This document shows, piece by piece, positions 26,161 to 38,082 of a DNA stretch of 64,000 bases (positions within the stretch are counted from its first letter, which is position 1; every line of letters starts with the position of its first letter). The notes under the pieces were generated by a model. That model was not told the origin of the DNA. It searched no databases and saw only the letters and a program-made list of their open reading frames with translations. The DNA is from Bilabrum cf. latius. Its lineage: Eukaryota. The DNA lies in assembly GCA_965178125.1 (NCBI GenBank), contig OZ237761.1, positions 186,001 to 250,000 on the forward strand, written 5' to 3'. Both the position numbers and the translations under genes were made by a program.

Positions 26161-26344
26161 AATTTTCTTTACGGGCGCGTAGAATGCTGCCACGCGGTGC
26201 ACGACAAACAATCGAGATATCGTTCGTTACAAAGCATTCGGTTGCGACCGAGCCTTTGTGCGACCATGGCGAGCTCTAGAAACTAGATGCAACCCAAAGC
26301 ACAGGGGGCTTTGCCCCGCAAATACAGTACACAGAAACACGACT

Positions 26345-27507
26345 TCATGACCCAGCGTCTCCAGATGCTGGTCCCGGGCTGTCGGCCTCGCCCTCTGCCT
26401 TGGCCCCCCACCCACTGTGCTCGGATCCGATCCCACCGTGCCTCGCTTCAAACCCCGCCAGGATAGCGTCCACCTCTGCTGCACTTGCCTCCGATAGAGG
26501 AGCCAGCGGCAGGCGGACCCCCTCCCAGGGAACAAGGCCCTTCAGTCGCATGGCTCGCTTCAGGGGCACCGGGCTGCTCTCAATCGCAAGCATGTCCAGG
26601 AGAGGCACCAGCATGCGATGCACCTTGCCCACCCCGGCCAGGTCGTTCCGCTCGCACGCATTCCAGAGAACCTTCACCTCCCTTGGGGCAAGGTTCCCCA
26701 GGACCCCAACGATTCCCCTAGCCCCCATTGCTGCCAGGGGTGCAGACACGGCGTCACCCCCCGAAAGGACGCTGAAGCCCCCAGCAGGAGACGGCGACTC
26801 GGAGTCAGAACAGCCAACGGATGCGAGGATTCGGCCGGCGGCCACAAAATCACCCGAAGCGTGTTTTACGCTCCGAATCCAGGGATGCTCCGCGAGCCTC
26901 GCGACGGTGGCAGGCTCGATCGATACGGCGGTGCGGCCCGGGTTGTTGTAGAGCATCACCGGCAATCCGACCTTTGCGACTTCCATGAAATGGCGATAGA
27001 TGCCTTCCTGGGTTGGTAGGCAGTACGGCGGGCTGGCGACGATGCAGCCGTCGGCGCCGGCTTCCTTGGCGGCTTGGGTGAGCGAGACTGCCTCCGCCGT
27101 TGACTGGCTCGTTGTGCAAGCGATTACTTGGACGCGAGGCTTTCCAGTCTCTGAGGCGACCCTTTCAGCGGCTTTGATTGCTACTCCTACGCATTGTATC
27201 TTCTCTTCCGTCGTGAGGGCCGATACTTCACCCGTGCTGCTGCACTGCGAGAAAATACTAGAGTGGTGGATTGCTCGGCGGGGAGGTATCGCCGCCAGAG
27301 CGAATGGAGAGTGCCAAACGAGCACAATGTACGCACAGTGCAAATATGAATCCCTTCTTTAGCCTGAATTTCGCAAAGCTTAGCGAACGTGTACCAGTCG
27401 ATCGTCAAGCCAGAGTCGTTCCCAAATGGAGTTATCACTGCGGTATACACACCTGCAAAGGATAGCGACTCTAGACGATCAGATGATTTGGCAGATGCTC
27501 CTGCCAT
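26345..27507 (-). CDS. dapA: Dihydrodipicolinate synthase (DapA/N-acetylneuraminate lyase family), intron-containing
   Basis: YTAVITPF, SSTGE, SPPY, YNNPGRT and VKHASGD (Schiff-base Lys) motifs; intron around 27250-27350. Confidence 0.8.
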
Positions 27508-27705
27508 TACTTGCAAGCTAGAGGCAATCGATTCTGCACGGAAATCAAAGTCTCCGGCGCTTAAATCTTCCGGAGCCGCAATGTCTCCAACTGCAACTGC
27601 AGGGCGTCAAATCCTTCATGCTTCATTCCAGGCCCAGCAACGCTGAGGAAAAGCTAGAATACTTGCATAGGCACCATCTCACGCAGTCATGCCACCGCAC
27701 CGCGA

Positions 27706-30132
27706 TCACTTCCACTGCACGCCACCAATCGCGTAGTTCACCCGGTCCTCCGTCACGTTGCGGATCTGCACGCCAACCACGACCGCGCGCTCATTGGGAA
27801 CGAAATCTACCGGTGGAGTAAGCTGGAACACGTACCCGCCACCCAGATTATCGGCGTTGTCGGCAGCATCAGCAATCGCAGCCCCGGTGGTGTTGGGCAC
27901 CCGCACCTGCCCCGCCCGCTGCCCATCGACGTACACGAGAAGATCCACGGGCACGTTGGTGGACATGTTCAGGGAGAAGCTCAGCTTCGGCTGCTGCAAC
28001 AGTGCCGATCCCACAGCTCCACTCGTCACACCTGTGTTGGCCAGCCAGACCACGTCCATGTCTCTCGCGTCAGGCGGCACCCCCTTGGCCGGGCCGGGAC
28101 CCGAGTGCACGCCGAGGCCCCTGAAGCACCGCGCATCCCCGCAGTAGCTGCACGGACCGCTGGCACCGCCCGCAAGTCTCGTGTACATCTCATCAAAGCC
28201 CCAGGTCCCGCTGTCTCCAATGGGCACCCCCGCGGTGACGTCCACGGGTGGATTCTGCGCCCCCTGCTGGACGCCTCGTAAGATAGAGCTGTTGCTCGGG
28301 TCATCGTGCACGGACTGCATGGCAGAGTAGGTGATCGTCACGTTGTAGGGCCCTACGAAGGCTCCGAACCACTCGAGGAAATCCATGCCGCCGGCCTGCA
28401 GGCCGTCCAGGTACTTCTTGTCCAGCACCGTTTGTTCCCTGCTCTCCCTTGCCCACGTCTTGGCATCGATGTTGGACTAAGGGATGCTCCTGTTGGCTCC
28501 AGGCTGCACGATGTTCCCCGCGTAGTCTGGGCCTCCCTCGTACCCCACGAAGCGGAGGCCGTTCCAGCGGGCCAGCGCCGCATAGGTCATGACGGGTGTG
28601 GCCGTCCAGTTGTTCCCCGGACCCGGAATCATGCCGTCTATCACGGTGCTAGATATGTTCAGCACCATGAGCGCGGTCAGGTTGAACCAGTGCGTGGCCT
28701 CGCCCAGCCCAAAGTACGGCGCCCCGGCCAGAGCGTACACGAAATCTCCCGGATTGCCCTTGTTGTGCCGGATCCACTCGAGTGCGTTCTGGGCGGGCCC
28801 GCCCGTGAAATCACCCGTCCCTTGCCCGCCGCCGATCTGGGAGGCGTAGATCCCGCGGAACCTATTGTTGCGTGCGCTTTTGCCGAATACAGATTCGAAC
28901 GTGTCGAGGATGCCAGCGAGCCTCCAGGCCACGCGGCGCCAGGCCCAGTACCCCTGGTTGTTGCACCCGTCAAAGTTCAGGTTGCCTGGGTCCCCCCGCT
29001 CTTTGACGTCCAGGATGGCTTCGTGAAGGTTCCACGTGGCCACCTCAAAGGTCCAGTTCCAGACCTCGTTGGCCCACTCGATGTACACGATTAAATCATC
29101 GTCTAGAGTGTCTTTCAGGAGCTACGCGAGACCAGTCACATAGTTCTCCGTGGCGTTTGGCGGCACGTTGATCCAAATGTCCCTCCTTGCCTCGTTCGCC
29201 AGCTGTATGAGCACCTCCCACGGTGTGGCCCCGTCGCATTTACGCTTGTTAAACTCGGTCCAGCAGGGGACTGCGGGGTTGTTGTTCCAAGTTGGGGCCC
29301 ATGCTGGGGCTCGGGTGCTCCAGTCCGTCTGCCCAGAGTCGACCGCGTCTGTGGCAGTCATGGTCCGGAGCGGGCCGGGCCGCGGAGCGCTGGCACTGCC
29401 ACTGGCAGCTGCTTTGCCATCCAGTAAGCTAGCTTCGGGAGATCCGTCCTCGGTTTGCTTCGGCACAGATCCGCTCATTTGGATCATTTTGAGGTATGCT
29501 GGGTGGAACGTGTCCTTGGGCCCGCATTCCGGCGATCGCAGGCTGACGTTGGTGAATCCAACCGACGGGTTGCTCGGTTCCGAGATGCGAAGGTCGAGCA
29601 TGTCTCCCGGCTTGCCACCCGTGGCGTCCACGATAGCCGTAAACGTATTTGATGCGGTGTCAAACTTCTAATTGATAATTGGGAACATCCAGGATGTGAC
29701 TGTCGCGTTGCCCTTCGCAGACAGTTGGTACTAGAGGCCATCACCGGCCCGATTGAAGGACTGGATCCAGATGCCATAGGAACCAAGAGGCCATCTGGTA
29801 CTAGAACACTTCACACCCCCCTGCCCACACTCCATTGATCCATCGTACGGCGTATGATTGGAACCAAATGGATACTTCGACTGCTTAACAAGATCGCAGA
29901 AAATGCTCTGCGCAGCAAGAGACAAGGAGTTATCAGAGTGAAGAATCGGTCGATGCAAATAAGAAAACCACAAGACTACACTCTCCTCTTCAATCGGCTC
30001 ATGATGCAATAGCACGCAAGCGTCCATGCAACTCACGATGTCCGAATAATATGAAGAGTGACCTACATTTAGGCCAACGCTGTATCCCCAGCCCACTGAT
30101 GCAAGTGCTAGTGCGCAAAGAACATATTTCAT
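27706..30132 (-). CDS. Secreted putative glycoside hydrolase / cellulose-binding-type protein
   Basis: Signal peptide MKYVLCALALAS; WINVP, YIEWANEVWNWTF and YEGGP motifs; four same-frame ORFs joined by TAG (29731, 29668, 29122, 28477); one probable intron near the 5' end. Confidence 0.6.
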
Positions 30133-30246
30133 AGCATGCATACCCGTAGACCGTAAGAATGCCGAACGCAAGTGCAACAGTTTGCTCCGATCGGATCCAA
30201 CGAGCGATCAATCCTATATCCTACACTACCAGCATTTACGTACACA

Positions 30247-33200
30247 ATGAGCGACACACAAATTGAATCGTATGGGCACCCACGTGATGAGGATGATTTG
30301 GAGCTGCGAGAATCGATTTTTGGCCGGGCCGCGAGAGTGTTTCGCAGCTCTGTTCAGTTGGAATCGGTCTCCCAGTTTCAAACAATGAGAATGGTATGGG
30401 AAAGCTGTAAGAGGTAAATTGTAGGAGTCTCGTCTGGCCTCAGGACGGAGTTTTGGGCCTTTTAAACGTGCTTGGCGCTCCCTGGAAGGCACTTACTGAA
30501 TCACGTGGAAGTGTTCGTTTCGCATTCTACAATTGTTCGCATTGTTCGCAGTCCGAGAGGCAGGTCATATCAACATTGCAATGGCGGTCATTGGATCATG
30601 TGAGGAGTATTGTGCACCTGGCTGCTCTCCCGATATCCGCAATCTCAGCGAGCCACTCGTGACCAAGTCCGAGGCAATGGCATACCCGTATCGCAGACTA
30701 TTGCACAAGAAACCCGGAATACACCAAGCAAGACTGGGATTCTGCAGCAAAGCGCTTCCTGGAGGCAGAACATGACGAGGACTCGCTCCTCGAAGAGCAG
30801 GTGCTCGCCATGCGGCGAGCCATGGAGCGGCTCGCCGCGCAACAGGGACTCGCGAAGGGCGTCGCACCGGTCATGCCCCGAGCAGCGCCAGAGGGCGTGC
30901 TGGCAGACCCTGGCAACAAGGATCATGGCGACTCGCAGAGTGACGGTGAGCACTCGTCACACAAAGGGCCGACGCCGGATCCGTGCACGTTCCTCCTAGG
31001 GCTGGGGTACCCCCCGCTGGCAGAAGGCGAGGATGGGGACGGAAAACCGGAAGTAGACGGGCGGGATGCAGGAGCTGCCGACACCGGCAGTAGCAGAGGG
31101 GGCGCCTCTTCTGGCGCGGGAAGCAGCAACAGCAGCAGCAGCAGCAGCAGCAGCATCAGCGGCATTGGTGTCAGCGGCGGAGGCAAACCGGCCGACTCGG
31201 ATAAACAATTCGTCTGGGGCGAGCACATGCTGCAGACCCTGGCACCCGAGCCGGAGCGCCTTAACGACGACATGGCCTATTTTCTGGAGCTGAGGGTGTG
31301 GCTGGCAGCGGCGCGGGCGGTGTACAAGCCCAGTCGGTTTGTTGAGAGGCTCGCGGCCGGTCTGGGCCGGGCTCGGTTCGTGTGCGGGGAGGCGAAGCCA
31401 GCCGCTGAGGCCCTGGGTCTGGCGAGCGCAGGCGTGTAGCATTCGGAGCCAAAAAGCAGCGGAGTCGAGGACAAGGAGGCGGAGGATGAAGATGAAGATA
31501 GAGATGGCCGTGAGGGCGAGGATGGTGGTGGTGGCAGCGCTGGCGCGTGCACTCAGGCGCTGCTGAGCTTCGGGCGATTCAACAAGAAAAAACTAGCCAA
31601 GGAGAAAGAAGAAGAAGCCGAAGGCGAGACGCTGCAGCTATCAGACAAGGTGAGCGAGGTGGGTGCTGATTTCGCAGACGACGCCGACGCCTCATCTGTC
31701 CACGTGGTCATGACCAAGGAACGTTCGGAGACGTTCCTTCCCGCGTTCGTACTCTACATCGACGAGCAGCGGGAGGCCGTTGTTCTCTCGATCAGGGGCA
31801 CTTCGGAGATGCGTGACTGGGTCACCGACGGGGCGGGCAAAGTGGTCCCTTTCCTTGGAGTGGGCCGGGCGCACACTGGCATGGCGATGGCAGCGCGGCT
31901 GCTGCTCGGTCTCACGCCACAGCAGATGCGAGACGCGGAACTCTTCCACTGCGGCGAGAGCGAGTGGGACTCGGAGCGGAAAATTAAGGCCAGGGAGCGG
32001 GAGGAGGGGAGGAGCACAGCCAGGGATGCGCTCAAGCAGGCATCATCAACTACTTCGTCTGCATCTGCGTCTGCTTCTGCTTCCGGTGCATCGGAAGGCG
32101 CAGGAGGAGGAGCAGCAGCGGCAGCAGCGGCAGGGGACGGCGAGTTGTCAGGGAGCAGCGGAGACGACGACGACGACGATACCCCAACCGGCGCTGGTGC
32201 ATCTCCGATCAATCCCGCCGACTCCATCGGTGGATCGGAGGTGGATAAACTGGTGAAGGAGGTCTTCGAGGCGCACAAGACCTCCAGGCGGCAGATGGCT
32301 GGGAGCCACGACGGCAGGCCCGCGCGGAGTCGCTCGGGCGGCCAACTCGCCATGAAATTGGAGCGGATGGAGGAGGAAGCAGTGCACAGACTACGTGCCA
32401 TGGAACAGGAAGCTGCCGTTGCATGGGGCAGCAGAGGGACGAGCAGTGGCAGCGGCAGTGGCAGTGGCAGTGGTAGCAGTGACGGCAGCAGCAAAGGGCC
32501 CAAGAAGGAGGACGAGGACGGTGATGGTGACCCGGAGGGCGGTGATGGTGACCCGGAGGACGGCGATGGTGACCCGGAGGGCCTGCTTGCTGCGGCTTAC
32601 GGCGGGAAGGAAGAGGCCAGAAAGGCCATACGGTTTCTCAGGTAGCACGGGGCCGGCCATCCCAGCGACGGGCACAGGCCGGCAATGGTGCGCTTGATTC
32701 AGAAGTTGCTTGACGACAGGCCGTCCTTCCGCATGATCGTTACGGGTCACTCACTGGGCGCGGGCGTGGCTGGCCTCGTGACTATGCTGCTGGCGCGACA
32801 CCTGCGGTTCAGCCCAGCGGCTTTCGACAGGTGCGGAATCCCCAACGAATGCAAGGGTGGTCAAAGAGGCTCTGTAAGGGGTGACGATGAGCGCGACGCC
32901 GAGGACGGCTCTCGCTCCCGGCAGCAGCAGCAGCAGCGGCGCTTTCCTTTCTAGGCCTTGCCACTCCACTGCTACGGATTCGCCCCCCCCGCCTCTTCCG
33001 ACGAGTCGCTGTGCATGGCCACGCGCGGACTCGTCACATCCATCGTGGCTGGAGACGACATCATCCCCCGTTTCTCTCTGTCGAACGCCCTGCAGGCCTA
33101 CGAGGATTTGCTCGAGGCGCACGGGAAGTGGTGGCCCGAGTTCGACCGGGACGTCTTGTTGGCTGACTGGAGGCGGAGGGCGGGGAACGCCGTGAGGATG

Positions 33201-34664
33201 GCTGGGACGGCAGTGTCACACGCGGTGGCCAAGTCGGCAGCCGCTGGACTCGGAGCCGTAACCGGCATCCTCGGAGCAATCGCTCGGTCTGCTTCACCGG
33301 CCCGCTCGGGGGCTACGGCCACGAGGGTCATGCTGGCGGGCGGCGCCGGTGCCTTGGCCGGCGGTGCTGCGGCTTCGTACATGCTGGATGACGCTGGTGA
33401 TGACGAAGACAGGGGAGGGGTCACTGCTCGGGGCGAGCTGGATGGCGACTCGGAATCAGAAATGCTCCGGGAGCAGATGGGCAGGGCGAGGGAGGCGCTG
33501 CAGAGGGCGGTCGATGGGGGAGAGGGAGAAAGAAGGGGGGGGGGAGACGGTGAAAAGAAGGATAAAGGCAGCGGTGACAGTAAAGAAGACGCTGGTAGTG
33601 AAGGCAACACAGTGACCGATGACGAGACCAAAGCCGCAGCCGATGGTGGTGCATCCGAACAGATGGAGAGGGCCACGGAGGAGAAGCCCTCCAGCTACCT
33701 GCCGGCATTCCTGCGGAACATCGGAGGCGGAGGCGGCGCCGCGCAGCCTCCTCCGGACCCCGCCGCGGTGAGGCGACAGAGGTTGCAGGCAGCCCGCATG
33801 CACAGAACCTCGCCACCAGGTGCAGTGGTGCTGGTCCAGCTGCTGGGCAGGGGGCGCGTGGTCGAGGCCCGCAAGCAGCGCCGCAAGGTCATGCAGGCGA
33901 TCGCAGCAGCAGACGAAGCTGAGGCAGTGAACCCGCCATCCAGCGGGGGTACCGGGGCTGGAGCAGGCAAGGGTGAGGGTGAGGGCGGGGACAAGCCTTC
34001 GGCAGATGCTGAGGCTGAAGCTGAAGCAGAGGCTCTCAAGAAGGAGCAGGAGGAGGTGGAGGCGATCCGGGAGCAGCTGAGGGAGGCCATGGCGAGGAGG
34101 AGGACCCTGTTCTACCGGGAAAACGAAGATGAAGACAAAAAAGAGTCCAACTCGTCTTCTGGAAGCAGCCGGGCTGCCGGAGAGGGCGATGGGGATGGGG
34201 ATGGGGATGGGGAGGTTCCCAGCTCTACCCTTTCCCCGCACGGTGCGCAGCAGTGGGTCGAATCCAGGGCGTGTAGGACGCACCGCTGTTCCCTGGATCG
34301 CATCTTGTTCTCTCCGTTCGCGGTGCGGGACCACCTGTGCGGGACGTACGAGGCCGCGCTGGATGATAGACTGGCGCGGCTGTGCGAGGCCCCTGCCACT
34401 GATGTGGGAGATATCGAGGTGGAAGGAGTGCTTGACGAAGAGGATGAGGAGGAGGAGGAGGGTGGGGGTGGCCTGAGCGCGCTTGGGCTGGCGCAGATGG
34501 GACTGGCGACGGGGGGATCGGCAGGGGCTGCGGAAGCGGCGGGCGTGCAGGCAGCCGGTGGGACGGGGGACAGCGGTGCTGCGGCGGCTGCGGGCGATGG
34601 CGATCAGCAGGATGGTGGCTCTGAGGACAAGAGAGGGGGGATCTTGGGCTTTTTCGGGCTCTGA
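30247..34664 (+). CDS. Class 3 lipase domain protein with long low-complexity insertions; 5' exon structure uncertain
   Basis: VVLSIRGT...DWVTD, AHTGM, VTGHSLGAG, YGFAPP and GDDIIPRFS motifs, collinear only if TAGs at 31437, 32643 and 32952 are sense. Confidence 0.85.
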
Positions 34665-34766
34665 TGGTAGAACGTTCGATTTTCTGGTTTTTGCAGGTTC
34701 GCTGCAGAATGGCTGGCCCTGAGCATTTCTTGCTGTCGTTGTGTAACGCAGCTCATTCGTGCAGTC

Positions 34767-37210
34767 ATGCGTAATTGTATGGCAGTACTTGCAGTAGTTT
34801 TGGCAGCCTCAGCAGCTGGGGCTGCTGGCAGTGGACTGTAGGTCTCGCTGAGCACAGACGGCTTCGTCTCCCTCTCGATGAACGGCGCGTCATGGATCGA
34901 AACGAACACCACAGGCGTGTTTGCCGGGAATTCGATGCAGACTAACAAGAATGGCGGACTTACTCTAATGTCTACCAAGGTCTCGACGGGTTACGACTCG
35001 TTTGGATAGTTCCAGCGGACCGCATTCGCGTGGAAGATCCAGTCGACTGGGGAAATCATGGGCACCGCCGTTCGAGACTACACCGGTAACGGAGTGGAAA
35101 CTGTCATATTTGAGCAAGTAAGAATAGTTATGATTGAGATGCGTCTAAGTAAGGGCTTTCGGCCTTAATCACGCCTTGGGGGTACCACTAGACACTTCCT
35201 TCCTTTGCGTTCATGAGAGCGTCGCAGCATTTCCCGAAAGGAGTATCTAGCATTGGCTCCAATGACCGTGATGCCGTGGGCACTGAGTATCCTGTGTTTG
35301 AAACTCCAGCGGCAGACGACGGGACGGCCCTCGGGTACTTGACCTGGGCCGGCAACATGGCGTGCCCCGGTGCCCAGCGTGAGTGCACGCACTCTGGCGC
35401 CTTCAACGCTTCGACCATCGCGGGGCTTCCGGGGGGCATCAGCGGCGGCGCCCCTCTGGTGCTGTTCGATTCCGCGAGCGAGCAGAACGCCCTGGTGATT
35501 TCCCCAGCGAGCAACTTCATGGCGGCGTCTCACGTGTACAAGAACGGTGCAGTGCAGGCGGGGCTGCTGGGCAGTGTGACGAGTATCCCTGCCGACTACA
35601 CTCTAGAGACGATCGTTCACGCCGGACAGGGCGTCACGCAGACGATGCTGGAGTGGGGCCGCGGTCTGCTGCACCGCTTCGGCAAGGAGCCCATCAGCGT
35701 GCTCTCCGACAGGGACCGCACCATCGACTACCTGAGCTACTACACGGACAACGGAGCCACCTACTACTACTGCACGGAGGACGGCAAGTCCTACTCTGAG
35801 ACCCTGGAGGATGTGGCCGCCCACATGGTCAAAGAGGACATCCCGATCCGATCCATGCAGCTCGACTCGTGGTGGTACTACAAGGGGCCCACCGGTGGAG
35901 TGGCCAACTGGACTCCCCGCCCCGATGTGTTCCCCGATGGACTGCAGGCGGTGCATGAAAAGATCGGGATGCCGTTTGTGGCGCACAACCGGTACTGGGA
36001 CCCTAGCAACGTGTACGCGAAGCAGAACGGCGGGCAATACGACTTTATTGTCGAAAAGTACGCCATCCCAACCGAGGAGCGATTCTGGGTGGATCTGTTC
36101 CGGAACGCGAGCGACTGGGGCATGGCGGTGTACGAGCAAGACTGGCTGCACAACGAGTTCGAGAACATCAACGCCACGCTCACCTCTGCCACTCTGGGCC
36201 GGCAGTGGCTCCTGCAGATGGGCGCCGGAGCCGACGCAGCAGGCATCGAGGGAATCCAGTACTGCATGGCCTACCCCAGGCACGTGATGCAGAGCGTGGA
36301 GATACCGGCGGTGACTCAGATCCGCGCCTCTGACGACTACCAGCCCGACAATGATCAGTGGGCGCTAGGCGTGTCTGCCATTCTGTCGCACTCGCTGGGT
36401 CTCGCGCCGTGGAAGGATGACGCGTACTCGTCCACGGCTAAGCAGCAGTGCCATAAGTACCACAGCGACAACGAGCCGGCTGCTGTGCTAGAGATGATGG
36501 TGTCCACTTTGTCCACTGGCCCCGTGGGCCCATCTGACCTGATCGGCGTGGAGAACCGCACCAACATCATGTCCACTTGCACCGCCGATGGCCGCATCCT
36601 CAAGCCCAGCGAGCCCGCCACTGCCATCGACCTCACCTTCCAGCAGCGCGCGTTCGGTAGCGGCGGTCCCCAGGGCGAGCTGTGGAGCACCTTCTCAGAC
36701 GTGGGTCCCTACCGGTGGCACAGCGTGCTGAGTGCCTCCATCGACGCCCCCTTCACCGTGCAGCCAACCATGCTGAAGGGCTTCAACCAGAGGCACTCGG
36801 GGGGCACAAATGCACCGCCAGCGCCCGCCCAGTACTACGCTTACTTGCATGGCAGCGACTGGTCGGACGTGCGTGTGTTCTCTGAGATCCACCTGCCCGC
36901 CAACGACAAGACCACACCGCAGCTGTGGAACGCCGCCCCCGAGCTGCCATCAGGGCACGCTCTGCTGGGCGAGCCGAGCAAGTTCGTGCCCGTGTCTCCC
37001 AACCGGTTCAGCGCGCTCGAGGCCGGCAGCGACGGGTTTTCGGTGGTGGTGCGCGGCAGGCAGGGGGAGGCCGTGGACGTGGCAGTGTTGGTGCCTGGGT
37101 CTGGAGCTGTGCGCGGGGCGGCGAATGGCGCGTCTGTGCAGGTGGTGCACTGCGTGCTGCCCGACAGCGGGGCAGCGACGCTGCGCGTGCCCCAGATGAA
37201 TTGCGCTTGA
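34767..37210 (+). CDS. Secreted glycoside hydrolase-like TIM-barrel protein (intron about 35118-35228)
   Basis: Signal peptide; exon 1 has two in-frame TAGs; GTAAG...CAG intron; YYTDNGATYYY, QLDSWWY and YEQDW motifs. Confidence 0.7.
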
Positions 37211-37526
37211 TGCGTGATGAGCATGCTTGGAATATGGGTGTTTCTGAAGAAGTCAATGATAACTTGGTGGTTGCAAGTCGCAAGTCAAAAGAATGGTTTA
37301 GTGAATCCAGACTAGATTGAATCAAGTATGGAAATATCCGATATGAAATGTGCGGAAATCGTCGATCAGGTAGGTCGTTCCGATCGATGTTTCTACCATT
37401 CTTTTATTGATCTTCCCTTCTCCGCAAGTTGCGACTTCAAGCTTCCAGTTGCGTACACTTTTGCTATAGCGACGAAAATACGAAAAAGATCGCTTGCGAG
37501 ATCTGCAAACCTCCAATTCACCGCTG

Positions 37527-37981
37527 ATGCAGTCCACCAGTGTATTCGTACTGGTCTCTACAGCATCGTTTCTTGGACTTTGCTTCTTGTGTAGTGTTGA
37601 TGCACTTCGTGAAACGCAGCAACAAAAACTTTCGCAGTCCTAGGGGAGCTAGCCGCAGTGCTTTCGGTCCTCCCGCCACCGAAACTCGTCCTCCGGGTCG
37701 CTATTGCAAGTGTCTATCCCAACACCACCTCACGTTCCAGTTGTTTGGCTAGATGGCGGGTACATTTGGGAATCGGAGGGCCTCCTGCAGTCGTGCAAGC
37801 CCAGCAAGCCTGAGGAGTGTGAGAGGGAGCCGATCGCTGTCGTCAAGATTGGCAAGCGGAACTCCCATATGTTCGTGGTCGACGACGTGCTGATCAAAAA
37901 GATCGAACATGTGGCCACTCTCGTGGACGAATGCGAGCAAGGTGCTGTCTGCATCGGGTTTGTGGGCAACCCTGCCGGTGT
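37527..37981 (+). pseudogene. 5' part of an ORF interrupted by the virophage insertion
   Basis: Frame reads ...GFVGNPAG up to the TSD and rejoins the right flank in frame when the element and one TSD are removed; start codon uncertain. Confidence 0.65.
37977..37981. repeat. Left 5-bp target-site duplication GGTGT
   Basis: Same 5-mer at 61432-61436, immediately outside the TG...CA ends. Confidence 0.95.
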
Positions 37982-38082
37982 TGTTATCCGCCAAAATGTG
38001 GAGTTATGATAACTCTATTTCTACTATATAGTAGAAATAGAGTTTACTTATATAAAAACTACACACATTTTGGCGGATAACA
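37982..38082. repeat. 101-bp terminal imperfect palindrome (hairpin-forming)
   Basis: 19-bp outer arms TGTTATCCGCCAAAATGTG / CACATTTTGGCGGATAACA and a central perfect 34-bp palindrome. Confidence 0.95.

Noticed and set aside
23-37325. Numerous overlapping long ORFs in the host region
   Set aside because: Expected shadow ORFs in high-GC DNA; one frame per locus carries the recognisable motifs.
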